A stretch of 64,000 bases of DNA. It comes from a virus. Both the position numbers and the translations under genes were made by a program. Positions 1 through 9,300 of the stretch are shown piece after piece. The stretch's first letter is position 1. Each line of letters begins with the position of its first letter. The stretch lies in the IMG/VR virus record IMGVR_UViG_3300030085_001980. One strand, given 5' to 3'. A model generated the notes under the pieces. The model was not told the origin of the DNA and searched no databases. It was given only the letters and a program-made list of their open reading frames with translations.

Positions 1-356
1 ATCTCTCTAGCGGTTGCTGCTTTGTTTGCGAGGATTGCGACATTGACGTTATCATTAAAAATTACGTACCACAAAAGATATGCGGTAACAATAGTAGACT
101 TACCAGACTGACGAGGCAACTTGGCGATGTTAAACCTGTTCTCGTGAAAAGACATCACCATCTTTTCTTGGAAGTCATACATCTTGAATGGGATAACACC
201 CTCATCAAGAGACACGATTTTAATATAATTCCTAATAAAGTAAACAGGATTATTCGCGCACTTGATAAACTCTTGCACCTGTTCAGGTGTAAAGTCAGTA
301 GCAACGTTTGCTTTCTTTAGATTAGGATTACCAAGGTACGCAGATTGTTCAGCCAT
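1..356 (-). CDS. gp17: Terminase large subunit, N-terminal part (runs off the window)
   Basis: Hand translation from ATG 356: MAEQSAYLGNPNLKKAN...YDFQEKMV...RFNIAKLPRQSGKSTIV; T4-type gp17 N-terminus with Walker A; lies downstream of gp15-gp16. Confidence 0.95.
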   Translation of the reverse strand, partial: MAEQSAYLGNPNLKKANVATDFTPEQVQEFIKCANNPVYFIRNYIKIVSLDEGVIPFKMYDFQEKMVMSFHENRFNIAKLPRQSGKSTIVTAYLLWYVIFNDNVNVAILANKAATARE

Positions 357-546
357 TATCAAAGTTGTATTGTGTGATCATTGCAAAGAGTCGCATCTTC
401 AAATTCTGTAGATACTCTTGCTCTTCAGCGGGTCTTCGCGGTGCACCTGGCCAGATTTCTATGGAATAGCACACGTGCGAGTAGAGAGCACGAATTTCGT
501 CGATACCCATAGGGATTTCGACGTACCAATCATACTCGTCAGACAT
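349..546 (-). CDS. Hypothetical protein (65 aa)
   Basis: ORF tightly overlapping both neighbours. Confidence 0.7.
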   Translation of the reverse strand: MSDEYDWYVEIPMGIDEIRALYSHVCYSIEIWPGAPRRPAEEQEYLQNLKMRLFAMITQYNFDNG

Positions 547-1022
547 TAGACTAAGGTACCGTACGATCGTCGAATCTCACGGAGTTCTTCAAAGTCTTTC
601 TGCTTAGTGCCACCATCATATGCCCAGGCATATCCTTCTTCAATCATTGCTTCGTTGAGAGACACGTCTCCGTCCCCAATATAAAGCCACCCAAGAAGAC
701 GCCCATATTTGCCGACACCCCCAACAAGTTCAGTGCGGATAACAAGATCATCATCACCAGCCACCGCTCCTTCCAGTTTTTCTTTGAGCCAGTTTGTTGC
801 GTCGATTCCAAGAGCTTTCTCCTCTAAGTCTCTAGTACGTTTTTCTGGTGTGTCTACACCTGCAACTCTTACACGTTCTTTTTTGTATAGATCAAAACCG
901 AGATCGATTGTTACATCAATCGTGTCTCCGTCAAGGACTCGGTTGATCTCGATCACTCGGAAGTTGTAGCAACTCTTCCGATTCGGGGGTACCATTGCTC
1001 CCATTAGATTCTCTTTCATCAA
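546..1022 (-). CDS. Thermonuclease (staphylococcal nuclease-like) family endonuclease; true start probably at MGAMVPP
   Basis: Motifs RVLDGDTID, RVRVAGVDTPE, KYGRLLG, LNEAMIEEGYA. Confidence 0.9.
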   Translation of the reverse strand: MMKENLMGAMVPPNRKSCYNFRVIEINRVLDGDTIDVTIDLGFDLYKKERVRVAGVDTPEKRTRDLEEKALGIDATNWLKEKLEGAVAGDDDLVIRTELVGGVGKYGRLLGWLYIGDGDVSLNEAMIEEGYAWAYDGGTKQKDFEELREIRRSYGTLV

Positions 1023-1137
1023 TACCTAGTATATAGACAATCACGTAAAAGACTGCTGACAGAAGAATCACGAGACACCAGATAATACTCCAGGTGACAT
1101 CATTTACATCTTCAAGTGGTCTAAGAATGAGGTTCAC
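931..1137 (-). CDS. Small membrane protein (GTG start, NLILRPLEDVND..., one TM segment)
   Basis: Hydrophobic stretch WSIIWCLVILLSAVFYVIVYILG; packed between neighbours. Confidence 0.55.
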   Translation of the reverse strand: MNLILRPLEDVNDVTWSIIWCLVILLSAVFYVIVYILGIDERESNGSNGTPESEELLQLPSDRDQPSP

Positions 1138-1282
1138 GATTAAAAGGCTCCCAGTGTTCCCACCCATACTTATGCACCAAGTGCATCCCTATGATAGGAA
1201 CGAAGACAAGAAAAAACCCCATAACGCCCAAGGCAGCAGGGGTTTGCATTGTATGACGGACAAACAGTTGGATGATATGCAT
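1121..1282 (-). CDS. Small membrane protein, 53 aa (not in ORF track)
   Basis: Hand translation MHIIQLFVRHTMQTPAALGVMGFFLVFVPIIGMHLVHKYGWEHWEPFNREPHS; fills the gap exactly. Confidence 0.7.
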   Translation of the reverse strand: MHIIQLFVRHTMQTPAALGVMGFFLVFVPIIGMHLVHKYGWEHWEPFNREPHS

Positions 1283-1283
1283 C

Positions 1284-1907
1284 TTAGATTCCGTTGTATT
1301 TGTGGATTAGTGTATGATTACCGTAACACTGACCAAGGAATGGACGCTCTCCACTCTTATTCACTTTGATATTCATACCAATAGAAATCTTAAAGAAGTC
1401 ACTTTCGTTTGGTGTTGTGGAATGTTCTAACCAAGATGGGAATATAATCAACGTACCTGATTCGGTTGGCACTGCCATTTGTTGATATGTTCCATAACAA
1501 TCCAACTGCGCTTCTCTAAGTGGACTGTGAAAATTAATTACTCCTTGCTCAGGACTTGTATGATGGTAATAGCAGGCAGACAAATCATAACCAGCGTGGA
1601 GATGTTTATCTTGATTAGCTCCTCTAGGATACAAGTTTAACCAAGAAGACCAAAGTTCCCATCCATCATTACCAACGTACTTATCAATACCATCTGAGAT
1701 AAATTGATTTAGTTTTGGTAATTGATAGTTACCAAAAAAATGCAACCAAGATTGATCATTGGGAATATTCACTCCCATATGTAGAGTTACATTCTCATTT
1801 TTTTCAATCGCTTTAACACATTCCTCCAACTCATCAAAGATCTCTTGATCTTCGTGCTTAAATTTTAAGACTGTTGATGGGAATAAATCAATTACTTCAG
1901 GATCCAT
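1284..1907 (-). CDS. 2OG-Fe(II) oxygenase (TIGR02466-like)
   Basis: HLH...LSACYY, GTLIIFPSWLEH, ISIGMN. Confidence 0.85.
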   Translation of the reverse strand: MDPEVIDLFPSTVLKFKHEDQEIFDELEECVKAIEKNENVTLHMGVNIPNDQSWLHFFGNYQLPKLNQFISDGIDKYVGNDGWELWSSWLNLYPRGANQDKHLHAGYDLSACYYHHTSPEQGVINFHSPLREAQLDCYGTYQQMAVPTESGTLIIFPSWLEHSTTPNESDFFKISIGMNIKVNKSGERPFLGQCYGNHTLIHKYNGI

Positions 1908-1921
1908 AACAAGGTTTATTT

Positions 1922-2200
1922 TTATTTATCCCACCATTGGGACTCACCTTCTCCGTATTTTTTACCGAAGACTTCTAAGTCCTCCATACGCTTATCCCAA
2001 CTGTCGCCACCTTCAGCGCCTTTCTTTGGATTGATACAACTTTCATCTCCGTGCTTATTACAAACAAGACCAGCAAGATCTATCTCACTGCCTTTTACAC
2101 CAGTGCCGCTCCAGCGATGCTCCCCGTTAATCCAGGTGGCACCACACTTAGGGCATTCCGTTCTGCTCATAAACAGATCGGACAGCTCTTTTTCAGCCAT
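1922..2200 (-). CDS. Hypothetical Cys-rich protein (CPKC...C...C)
   Basis: ORF directly downstream of a sigma70-type promoter. Confidence 0.7.
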   Translation of the reverse strand: MAEKELSDLFMSRTECPKCGATWINGEHRWSGTGVKGSEIDLAGLVCNKHGDESCINPKKGAEGGDSWDKRMEDLEVFGKKYGEGESQWWDK

Positions 2201-2232
2201 AGTTGAGTCTCGTATTAGGACAGATTGATTGT

Positions 2233-2260
2233 ATTATAATACTACAATTTAATTTGTCAA
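2233..2260 (-). promoter_or_regulatory. sigma70-type promoter TTGACA-N16-TATAAT
   Basis: Plus strand ATTATA 2233-2238 and TGTCAA 2255-2260. Confidence 0.75.
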
Positions 2261-2262
2261 TT

Positions 2263-2796
2263 TCAGCACTTCCACTTTCTAAGTGCTAGTGCTTTACGGG
2301 TCGGTCTTCCTTTCTCATCCTTCATCGGACCTTTATTGCCCGACATTCGAGCACAAAAAGATCTCTTTCGAGGACCACCTTCTGGTTGAGGTGCTTTCAG
2401 ATCCGAACCAGGATTCTCTCTTTCATAGGACTTACGTCCTTTCTCGTTCAGACCACCCTCGGGATTCTTTCCTTCCTTACGTTGCCAGGCAGCTTCGCCC
2501 ATCAACTTAGGACCCTTTGCCTTTCTTTCAGCAGCAGAACGCTCCCCTTCAGTTGCACCCTGCTTTGCAAGAGTTCTGATCTTAGCAGCACGTTGATTCT
2601 TTCTGTGTGCTTTCGGATCGATAGTGTACGATTCACTTTGTGATTCACTATGCGATTCACCTTCCATCCAAGAACCGTCAGGCATCTTGTGGCAACCACA
2701 CTCGCATTTTTTGCCGTTAGTTTTCTTACCACAGCAACCACACTTACCCCCTTTACTTTCGAGGATGAACGTACTAAAACTCTTGAGATTATTCAT
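2263..2796 (-). CDS. DUF6321-like basic protein, possible internal head protein
   Basis: C-terminal AWQRKEGKNPEGGLNEKGRKSY...RKRSFCARM...LRKWKC; N-terminal KSFSTFILE. Confidence 0.75.
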   Translation of the reverse strand: MNNLKSFSTFILESKGGKCGCCGKKTNGKKCECGCHKMPDGSWMEGESHSESQSESYTIDPKAHRKNQRAAKIRTLAKQGATEGERSAAERKAKGPKLMGEAAWQRKEGKNPEGGLNEKGRKSYERENPGSDLKAPQPEGGPRKRSFCARMSGNKGPMKDEKGRPTRKALALRKWKC

Positions 2797-2912
2797 TTTG
2801 TTTTATTGTTTTTGGGGTTTCTAGGACAGTTCTCTTCGTGCTTTGCCAACCAAGTTACAGGTCTCCAGTGACCTTTTGGTGGAGTCAAACCACAATACTT
2901 ACATTCAGGCAT
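2793..2912 (-). CDS. 39-aa putative zinc-finger peptide (not in ORF track)
   Basis: MPECKYCGLTPPKGHWRPVTWLAKHEENCPRNPKNNKTK; ATGA overlap with the next gene. Confidence 0.65.
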   Translation of the reverse strand: MPECKYCGLTPPKGHWRPVTWLAKHEENCPRNPKNNKTK

Positions 2913-3147
2913 AATGTGTCAAACCTCCATCATCAGTAAATTGTTTGAAGGAGACCATCTCCTTGTGCATCATCATATCGGTCTGTGTCTGAGAACCCTT
3001 TCCACCACCTTTCTGGTTCTGCTGTACAGTTCTACGTTGCAGTTGGAGTTTTTTGACGTTCAGCATAAGTTGACGACGTTGCAAAGTCTGCGACAGTCGC
3101 TTAATGCCAGCACCTGCTTTTTCTTTTTTGTCGTCGCCACCCATCAT
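2905..3147 (-). CDS. Hypothetical Q/K-rich protein
   Basis: ORF overlapping both neighbours. Confidence 0.6.
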   Translation of the reverse strand: MMGGDDKKEKAGAGIKRLSQTLQRRQLMLNVKKLQLQRRTVQQNQKGGGKGSQTQTDMMMHKEMVSFKQFTDDGGLTHYA

Positions 3148-3425
3148 TGTCTTGCCACCTTAGTACACTTAAGACCCGAACCATTAATGGTTTCGAGTGC
3201 ATCTTTCTCAAGATACATAACACCGCCTGACTCTACACTGACAGTGCGTGAACCCAGTGCGACATACTTGGTGCCATCACCACGGGCGCTAACAACAGCA
3301 GCATCATCAATCGTCAAAACAATAGTAGCGTTCGTGTCATTCACAACACGTACGGCAGTTGCTTTGCTCAGGTTAGTTGCACCACTGAGAGTCACCTCAG
3401 CAGCCATTACTCTTACTCTATCCAT
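3144..3425 (-). CDS. Hypothetical protein (93 aa)
   Basis: ORF with late-promoter-like GATAAATA just upstream. Confidence 0.7.
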   Translation of the reverse strand: MDRVRVMAAEVTLSGATNLSKATAVRVVNDTNATIVLTIDDAAVVSARGDGTKYVALGSRTVSVESGGVMYLEKDALETINGSGLKCTKVARQ

Positions 3426-3448
3426 TTCTTGTAAAGGTGGTGTGTGTA

Positions 3449-3898
3449 CTATTTATCATTCTGTTTCTGTTGCTTCAGAAACTTAGCAAGTTCTGCTGTG
3501 CTACCAACGAACATAGTGTTGTTGGTGACATTCTGAGCTGCCTTACCTTGCGGACCTTCTTCCAGTTCCTGCATCTTTTTCTGCAGGTCAATTAACTTAT
3601 CTGTTGCATCGGCAACGTTCTTAATTAAGTTACCAGCAACTTCAAATGCTCTAGGAGAATCTGTTTGCTGTGATAACTCAAGGATACCATCTACTGCTTC
3701 TTGACCCTTTTCAATCAGTGAATACAAGTTACCACGTGTGTACTCATAATCTTTGACAATCTGTTCTGATTGTGCAGAGGGTTTGATCGGTGTTGCTTTG
3801 ACTGGTTTAGCAACACCATCTTGTACGACGATTTCCGTTTCAACATCGAGTGCTTCTTCGATGCCTTCGTATTTACTCGTCTTGTCCTGTGGTTGCAT
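3449..3898 (-). CDS. gp16: Terminase small subunit (start uncertain, 3898 or further upstream)
   Basis: DYEYTRGNLYSLIEKGQEAVDGILEL...SPRAFEVAG.LIKNVAD..DKLIDLQKKM...TNNTMFVGSTAEL; follows gp15. Confidence 0.9.
   Translation of the reverse strand: MQPQDKTSKYEGIEEALDVETEIVVQDGVAKPVKATPIKPSAQSEQIVKDYEYTRGNLYSLIEKGQEAVDGILELSQQTDSPRAFEVAGNLIKNVADATDKLIDLQKKMQELEEGPQGKAAQNVTNNTMFVGSTAELAKFLKQQKQNDK
3450..3457 (-). promoter_or_regulatory. T4-like late promoter variant GATAAATA
   Basis: Plus strand TATTTATC, 25 nt upstream of ATG 3425. Confidence 0.6.
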
Positions 3899-4670
3899 TT
3901 CTGGACTTTCCATCATTGAATTCACTGAATAGTTCATTAAAACCGAAGTTATCATCAGGATCCGCAGTAATCGGATCAGGTTCAACTGTGTACCTCATCT
4001 CTCTTGCTGCCGTAGGCTTGCTATCGGGAGCCATATCAACGATCGCCTTACGGATGAGAGTGTCCTCACCATCAGTAACAGGACCGTAGAGATAAGTCTT
4101 ACAAGTAAAACTCAGAGAGTAAATCAGAGTACGTCTAGTGTTGTAGTCACCCTCATAGTCATCTTCATAGGTGATGGCATTGAGAGTTACAGGGAAGTCT
4201 TTCTTCTCCTGTAATTGATCTTGCAGTTGAACTGTGATGTTAAAAGATGGTTGGAAGTACGGTAAAATCTGCTCAAGAATTTGCAGACCGTCATCCTGAT
4301 TCTTTGCTAGGATTGCAAGTTCAAAATCTACATTGTAAGGAACAGGCATAAATGCCTTTTGCATATCACTACCTACAGCAGTACGTACAAGTTGTGTAGG
4401 GGATACTTTTCTCGTCGAGTCGTATTGAAACGATGCGATCTCAAACGAGATTCTAGGTAGAGTGATCTGTGTAGCATCTTTCGATGAAAGATCACCAACT
4501 TGGCGAAGGCGTGCCAAGAATTTTTGCTTTGGACCGTACGCCAAAGGCACCTTCATATATTCGTAGTTAGTCGCATCAACCTTTCTACGAATCTCAATGT
4601 TATTGAAAAGCGTACCAAAGGCGATTACCGACTTACGGAATATTTCGTTATAAGTGTATGTTCCTAGCAT
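3873..4670 (-). CDS. gp15: Tail sheath stabiliser / tail completion protein
   Basis: IRKSVIAFGTLFNNI-type N-terminus, KVPLAYGPKQKFLAR, LPRISFE, QILEQILPYFQP; synteny. Confidence 0.93.
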   Translation of the reverse strand: MLGTYTYNEIFRKSVIAFGTLFNNIEIRRKVDATNYEYMKVPLAYGPKQKFLARLRQVGDLSSKDATQITLPRISFEIASFQYDSTRKVSPTQLVRTAVGSDMQKAFMPVPYNVDFELAILAKNQDDGLQILEQILPYFQPSFNITVQLQDQLQEKKDFPVTLNAITYEDDYEGDYNTRRTLIYSLSFTCKTYLYGPVTDGEDTLIRKAIVDMAPDSKPTAAREMRYTVEPDPITADPDDNFGFNELFSEFNDGKSRNATTGQDE

Positions 4671-5536
4671 TAGTCAGCTTGTCCAAATTCTCCAAATGGA
4701 TTTCCTTCTGTAAAATCGATAATACCATCAGCGGTAGTCTCGAAGTACGAGTTGGAATCGTATTCACTCGATACATTATTTAGTGTATTGTAAGACGCAG
4801 TGGTCCAAGCAGCACCAGAAGTTTGTCCAGTAATTGTTTCTGGAATGGTAAACATTCCTGTACGGTTGTACAGTTGCAGTTGCCTGTTTGTGGAATCCCA
4901 GGACTTAACCTCAGCAGTAACGTTTGACGAACCACCTGCTACAACTTCACCAACAGTAAAGTCTCCTGTTCCACCAGTAGCAAAATTGACTGTGATAGCA
5001 ACAGAAAAGTCTTGCTCGATAACATCGATTTCCGCAACACCAGTATCGATTTGCTCGTCTCCGAACTCGAACAGTTCACACTTAAGACCCCATACGTGGA
5101 TCTTACCCAGCTGATAGAAGGGTTGTTCGTGTTCAACGTACATAATTTTGAACAACTTATTTGCTAGAGGGAAATAAATTAAGTCTCCTTCATTAGGACG
5201 ACCCTCTACAATTAACTGTGCATTATCATCTACCGCCTCAGTGAATCGAGTACGTGAAATGATGAATGTTACTTGGTCACTAATACGTACACCAAACTTA
5301 GAAAACAGATCACCGTCTCCGCCAAATCCGTTTACTGTTTCGATGTATGCTTCAATTTGATATGCGCTCTCAAACTTAGATAGGTTATCTTCAGAAAAGA
5401 CAGTATCCTCGTTCACAAGGGTTCTAGGTAAGTAATATACATCCTTACCAAACATCTTGATTTGTTCGACAACAAGATCTCCGATTAGATCCTGCTCTCC
5501 AGTTGTACCTTGAGTGAAATAGGAATTGGTTGCCAT
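4670..5536 (-). CDS. gp14: Neck protein
   Basis: EQIKMFGKDVYYLPR, GDLFSKFG, RPNEGDLIYFP, FYQLGK; synteny. Confidence 0.93.
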   Translation of the reverse strand: MATNSYFTQGTTGEQDLIGDLVVEQIKMFGKDVYYLPRTLVNEDTVFSEDNLSKFESAYQIEAYIETVNGFGGDGDLFSKFGVRISDQVTFIISRTRFTEAVDDNAQLIVEGRPNEGDLIYFPLANKLFKIMYVEHEQPFYQLGKIHVWGLKCELFEFGDEQIDTGVAEIDVIEQDFSVAITVNFATGGTGDFTVGEVVAGGSSNVTAEVKSWDSTNRQLQLYNRTGMFTIPETITGQTSGAAWTTASYNTLNNVSSEYDSNSYFETTADGIIDFTEGNPFGEFGQAD

Positions 5537-5537
5537 T

Positions 5538-6332
5538 TTATCCGATCATATCTAGGGGCGGTGTTTCATAAGTAGTACGAAGTTTTTCTTCCAGAGCACG
5601 CAACTCTTCAGTTGCATCGCCATAGATCTTCTCACCGTTTAGGGTGACACCACCAGGAAGTTGCACATTTTGGAACTTCGTCAGATTGGTACCCCAATAT
5701 TTTTTAATCAAAGCTGTCGCATAATCCTTGACCCACATCGTATTATAAATTTTTGACCAGTTTGCAGGATCAAGTGCACGTACACAATCAATGACAATGT
5801 ACTCGTCTTTGCGAATATCGGAATCAGTATCAAAATCAATGTAGAGACGATTTTGAACTTGGTTATACCTGGTGGGTTTCATACCTTCCAATAGGAAGTT
5901 GATAGTTTCCAGGTGTGTTTGAATCATATAATAATGATAGAACTGTGTCGATGTAAAATCGAACAGATCATTCAGTCTCAACTGATAGCGGATGTCAAAC
6001 ATATTTGACGTACCCTTATCAGTAAAGGAGAAAATACCATTTACCGATGTAATATGATCGGGAAGTGTAAGGTAATTATTCTGTGTCTTATAATCTGTGC
6101 TGCCAACCGTTTCTGTTGCATCGGTCTTGAGAGCAGCAACTTCAGATTCAGTGAACTGGTGTTTTAGATAAACACGCTCGGTTCCACTGTAATGAAACTC
6201 TTGAAACATCTCAATGGTGTAGTCGAGAGCATCATCAATTTGAGTATCGGAGACATTGATCTCCAAGACTGGTTTACCCAGTCTACGGAGAGCATATTCT
6301 TTCAGCTCCGTTTTAGAAGTTACAGTTGCCAT
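5538..6332 (-). CDS. gp13: Neck protein
   Basis: LRRLGKPVLEINV, WVKDYATALIK, QLPGGVTLNG; synteny. Confidence 0.93.
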   Translation of the reverse strand: MATVTSKTELKEYALRRLGKPVLEINVSDTQIDDALDYTIEMFQEFHYSGTERVYLKHQFTESEVAALKTDATETVGSTDYKTQNNYLTLPDHITSVNGIFSFTDKGTSNMFDIRYQLRLNDLFDFTSTQFYHYYMIQTHLETINFLLEGMKPTRYNQVQNRLYIDFDTDSDIRKDEYIVIDCVRALDPANWSKIYNTMWVKDYATALIKKYWGTNLTKFQNVQLPGGVTLNGEKIYGDATEELRALEEKLRTTYETPPLDMIG

Positions 6333-6338
6333 TGGTTA

Positions 6339-9300
6339 TTAGAGAGCAGCGATACGGGTCTTGAAGTCAGCGAAGCTGGTAGAAGCAGCGACAGTTGCTT
6401 TCAGGGTGGTGAGATCAATCGTCTCAGCCTGCAGAGCGGTGTCTGCCTTGGTGCCTTGTGCAGCAGTTGCATAATCAGAAGATGCTGTTGCAGCGGCAGT
6501 GCCAAGAGTGGGTTTGCCAGTCAGGTCAGCATATGCTCCAGAGAAGAGCGTAGGCAAGTTAGACAGATCATTGTAAGATCCACTCGTTGCTACAGTTGCC
6601 AGATCTCCTGGTTGTGTAGCGGAATCTGCCAGAGCACCCTGTGCAGTAGTAGCAGCGAGAGCACCGATACGAGCATCAACACGAGCCTCTGTGTAGTAAA
6701 GGTTAGTGCCTTCTGCAAGATCAGTTGTAGTCGCTGCAGCAATACGTGCATCAGCGCGAGCATCTGTATAATAAAGATTGCTACCTTCAGTCAGATCATC
6801 TGTAGTTGCGTTTGCAATACGGGCGTCAGCACGGGCATCAGTGTAATAAAGATTCGTACCTTCAGTAAGATTGGTTGTAGACTTACCTGCGAGACTTGCG
6901 TCAAAGCGTGCCTCAGTGTAGAAGATGTTTGTAGAACCTTCTGTGATATTGTCGGTGTTGATGTCAGCCTGAACTGCGGACAACGTAAGCATATTGCCTG
7001 CGTCATCGTACGTTGCCGAAATACCTGTGCCGCCATTGATCAAACTAGCAACACGATCATCAACTCTCTCATCAGTGAAGTAGAGGTTGGTGGATCCTTC
7101 AGTCAGAGCATCGGTATCGTGGTTAGCGATAGAACCAACCTGAGACTGGAAGAAGGTAATGGTTCCAGTAACGTTCAAGTTACCCTGAACCTCAAAGTTC
7201 GTTTGTGAAACGAAGTTGTTAACAGTAAGAGTGTTAGAAGATGGGTTGTAAGTAAGGTTGTTAGAGTCGGTACGAATCTCAGTGTAACCGTTGTTCGCAG
7301 AAACGAATGTTGGGTAGTACGTGAGGTTGGATGTTGGCGTGTTAGTAACGTTTGCCAGATCCGACTTATCAGCAGTACCAGTCAAGTCACCAGTTACGTC
7401 ACCAGTGATTTGTCCAGTAACACCCAGAGTGCCACCGATAGTTGCTGCTTGTGCAACGTTCAGAGTACCATCGGTGCTGATGTTACCGTTGCTTGACAGG
7501 ATAGTGGTCTTAACACCACCGCTGCCACCGACCATAAAGTTGCCGCCAACGTTCAGTCTCTTAGCAACAGAGATGCCACCAGCAGTGTACAGTGCAGCAG
7601 AAGTATTGTTATATCCAGTAGAGTCAGAAGACTTCAGGATACGTACAATACCACTAACGTTAGTGGTAGAGTTGGAGTTGCTGATAGCAATCGAGGTTCC
7701 ACTCAGAGTTGTGGTTCCAGTTGCATTGAATACGGCTGCAGTTGTAGTTCCAACAATATCCAGTGAACCAGCAATATCTGTGTTACCAGATGTAGAGTTA
7801 ACGTTAAACTTATTGGTGTTGATTGCAAGGTTACCACCAAGCAGCAAGGAAGACTGGAGGTTAGCGGTAGAAGTTGCAGTAAATCCAGCAACGGTTGTTG
7901 CCTGAGTTACATCCAACGTACCTGCAACAGCAGTGTTTCCTGTAGGTCCATCAACAGTAAAGTTGCCACTACCAACGTTAAAGTCGTCACCGATGAATGC
8001 CTTCTTGGTTACAGAAAGACCACCAGCGGTGAAGAGAGAAACATTTGTGTTGGTTGCGCTGGTTGCGTCAGTACCATTATTGAAACGTGCTTTCTCAGTG
8101 TACGTCTGAATGCCTGCATAGTTGACAGTACCGTCAATGACGGAGTTGCCATAAACGCGAACATCACCTTGAGTAACCAGATTGCCACCGATAGATGCAC
8201 CACCAGTAACTCTAAGAGCACCATCACCACTGTAAGAACCAGTCGTGGTTGCTGCAGAACCGTTAGTGAGAGTGGTGATTCCAGTAACACCCAAAGTATT
8301 ATTAACATTGGTTGCACCACTGACATCCAATGTGTTGTTTAGAGTCGTCCCAGAGGTCACTGCAAGGGTGCTGGACAGCGTTGTTGCCTGTGTTACACCC
8401 AAAGTACCACCGATAGTGGTATTACTGCTTACAGAAAGACCAGACTGGAGAGTTGCTTGACCAGCAGATGTGAACGTACCTGCAACAACAGTGTTACCAG
8501 TTGCAGATGCAACAGTAAACTTATTGGTATTGATTCTAAAATCATCGGTGAGATCAAAGTCACCAGTTACGTCAAGGTTGCCACCGATTGCTGCATCATC
8601 GCCAACTGAGAGATCATCGCCCACATAAAGATCGAGACCGATGCCAGCACCGCCACCAACGACGAGAGCACCAGAAGATGTGTTGGACGCATTGGTTGTA
8701 TCAAATAGTTTTATCGATCCTACATCAAGACCAGATCTTGTACCAGAGAATGCCTCAGAAGAATTGGTTGCATTGTGATAAAATGCAAATCTGGATTGAG
8801 AATTGTCCCAACCAAAGAAACCGCGACGTGCTTGGCTGTTGGAATAGTATCTGAACTCGATACCTCTGTCCTTAGCATCAGCCTGAGTGGGATCAGTGTC
8901 ACCACCCAAAGTGAAGATAGGATCGTCGAGGGTTTGAGTTGTGGAGTTAATAGTTGTTGTAGCACCATTAACAGTCAGGTTGCCTTCCAGTACGGTATTA
9001 CCGTCAACTGTAAAGTCACCATTAACAGTAGCGTTGTCAGTAAAGGTAGCATCGCTGTTGACTGTCAATGTGTCAGTGTTGGCATTACCAACAGTGACGT
9101 TATGTGTAAATGAGGTCGGATTATTAAAGGTTGCCTCACCGTGGACTGTAAGGGTACCAGCAGAGTTAGAACCCTGACCCACACGTCCAATCTCGGTGTT
9201 ACCAGATTCACCAAGGACACTGAACTCAACAGTGTCACCAGAATTCAGTTTACCGATGTACAGGTCATCACCAATGTGGAGGTCGGTAGCAATACCAGCA

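Noticed and set aside
3866-3880. Possible ACG start for gp16 overlapping the gp15 stop (GACGAGTAA)
   Set aside because: In-frame ATGs exist just upstream; no evidence for non-canonical initiation
6339-7120. Possible diversity-generating retroelement target at the fibre end
   Set aside because: No template/variable repeat pair differing only at adenines and no reverse transcriptase in the window
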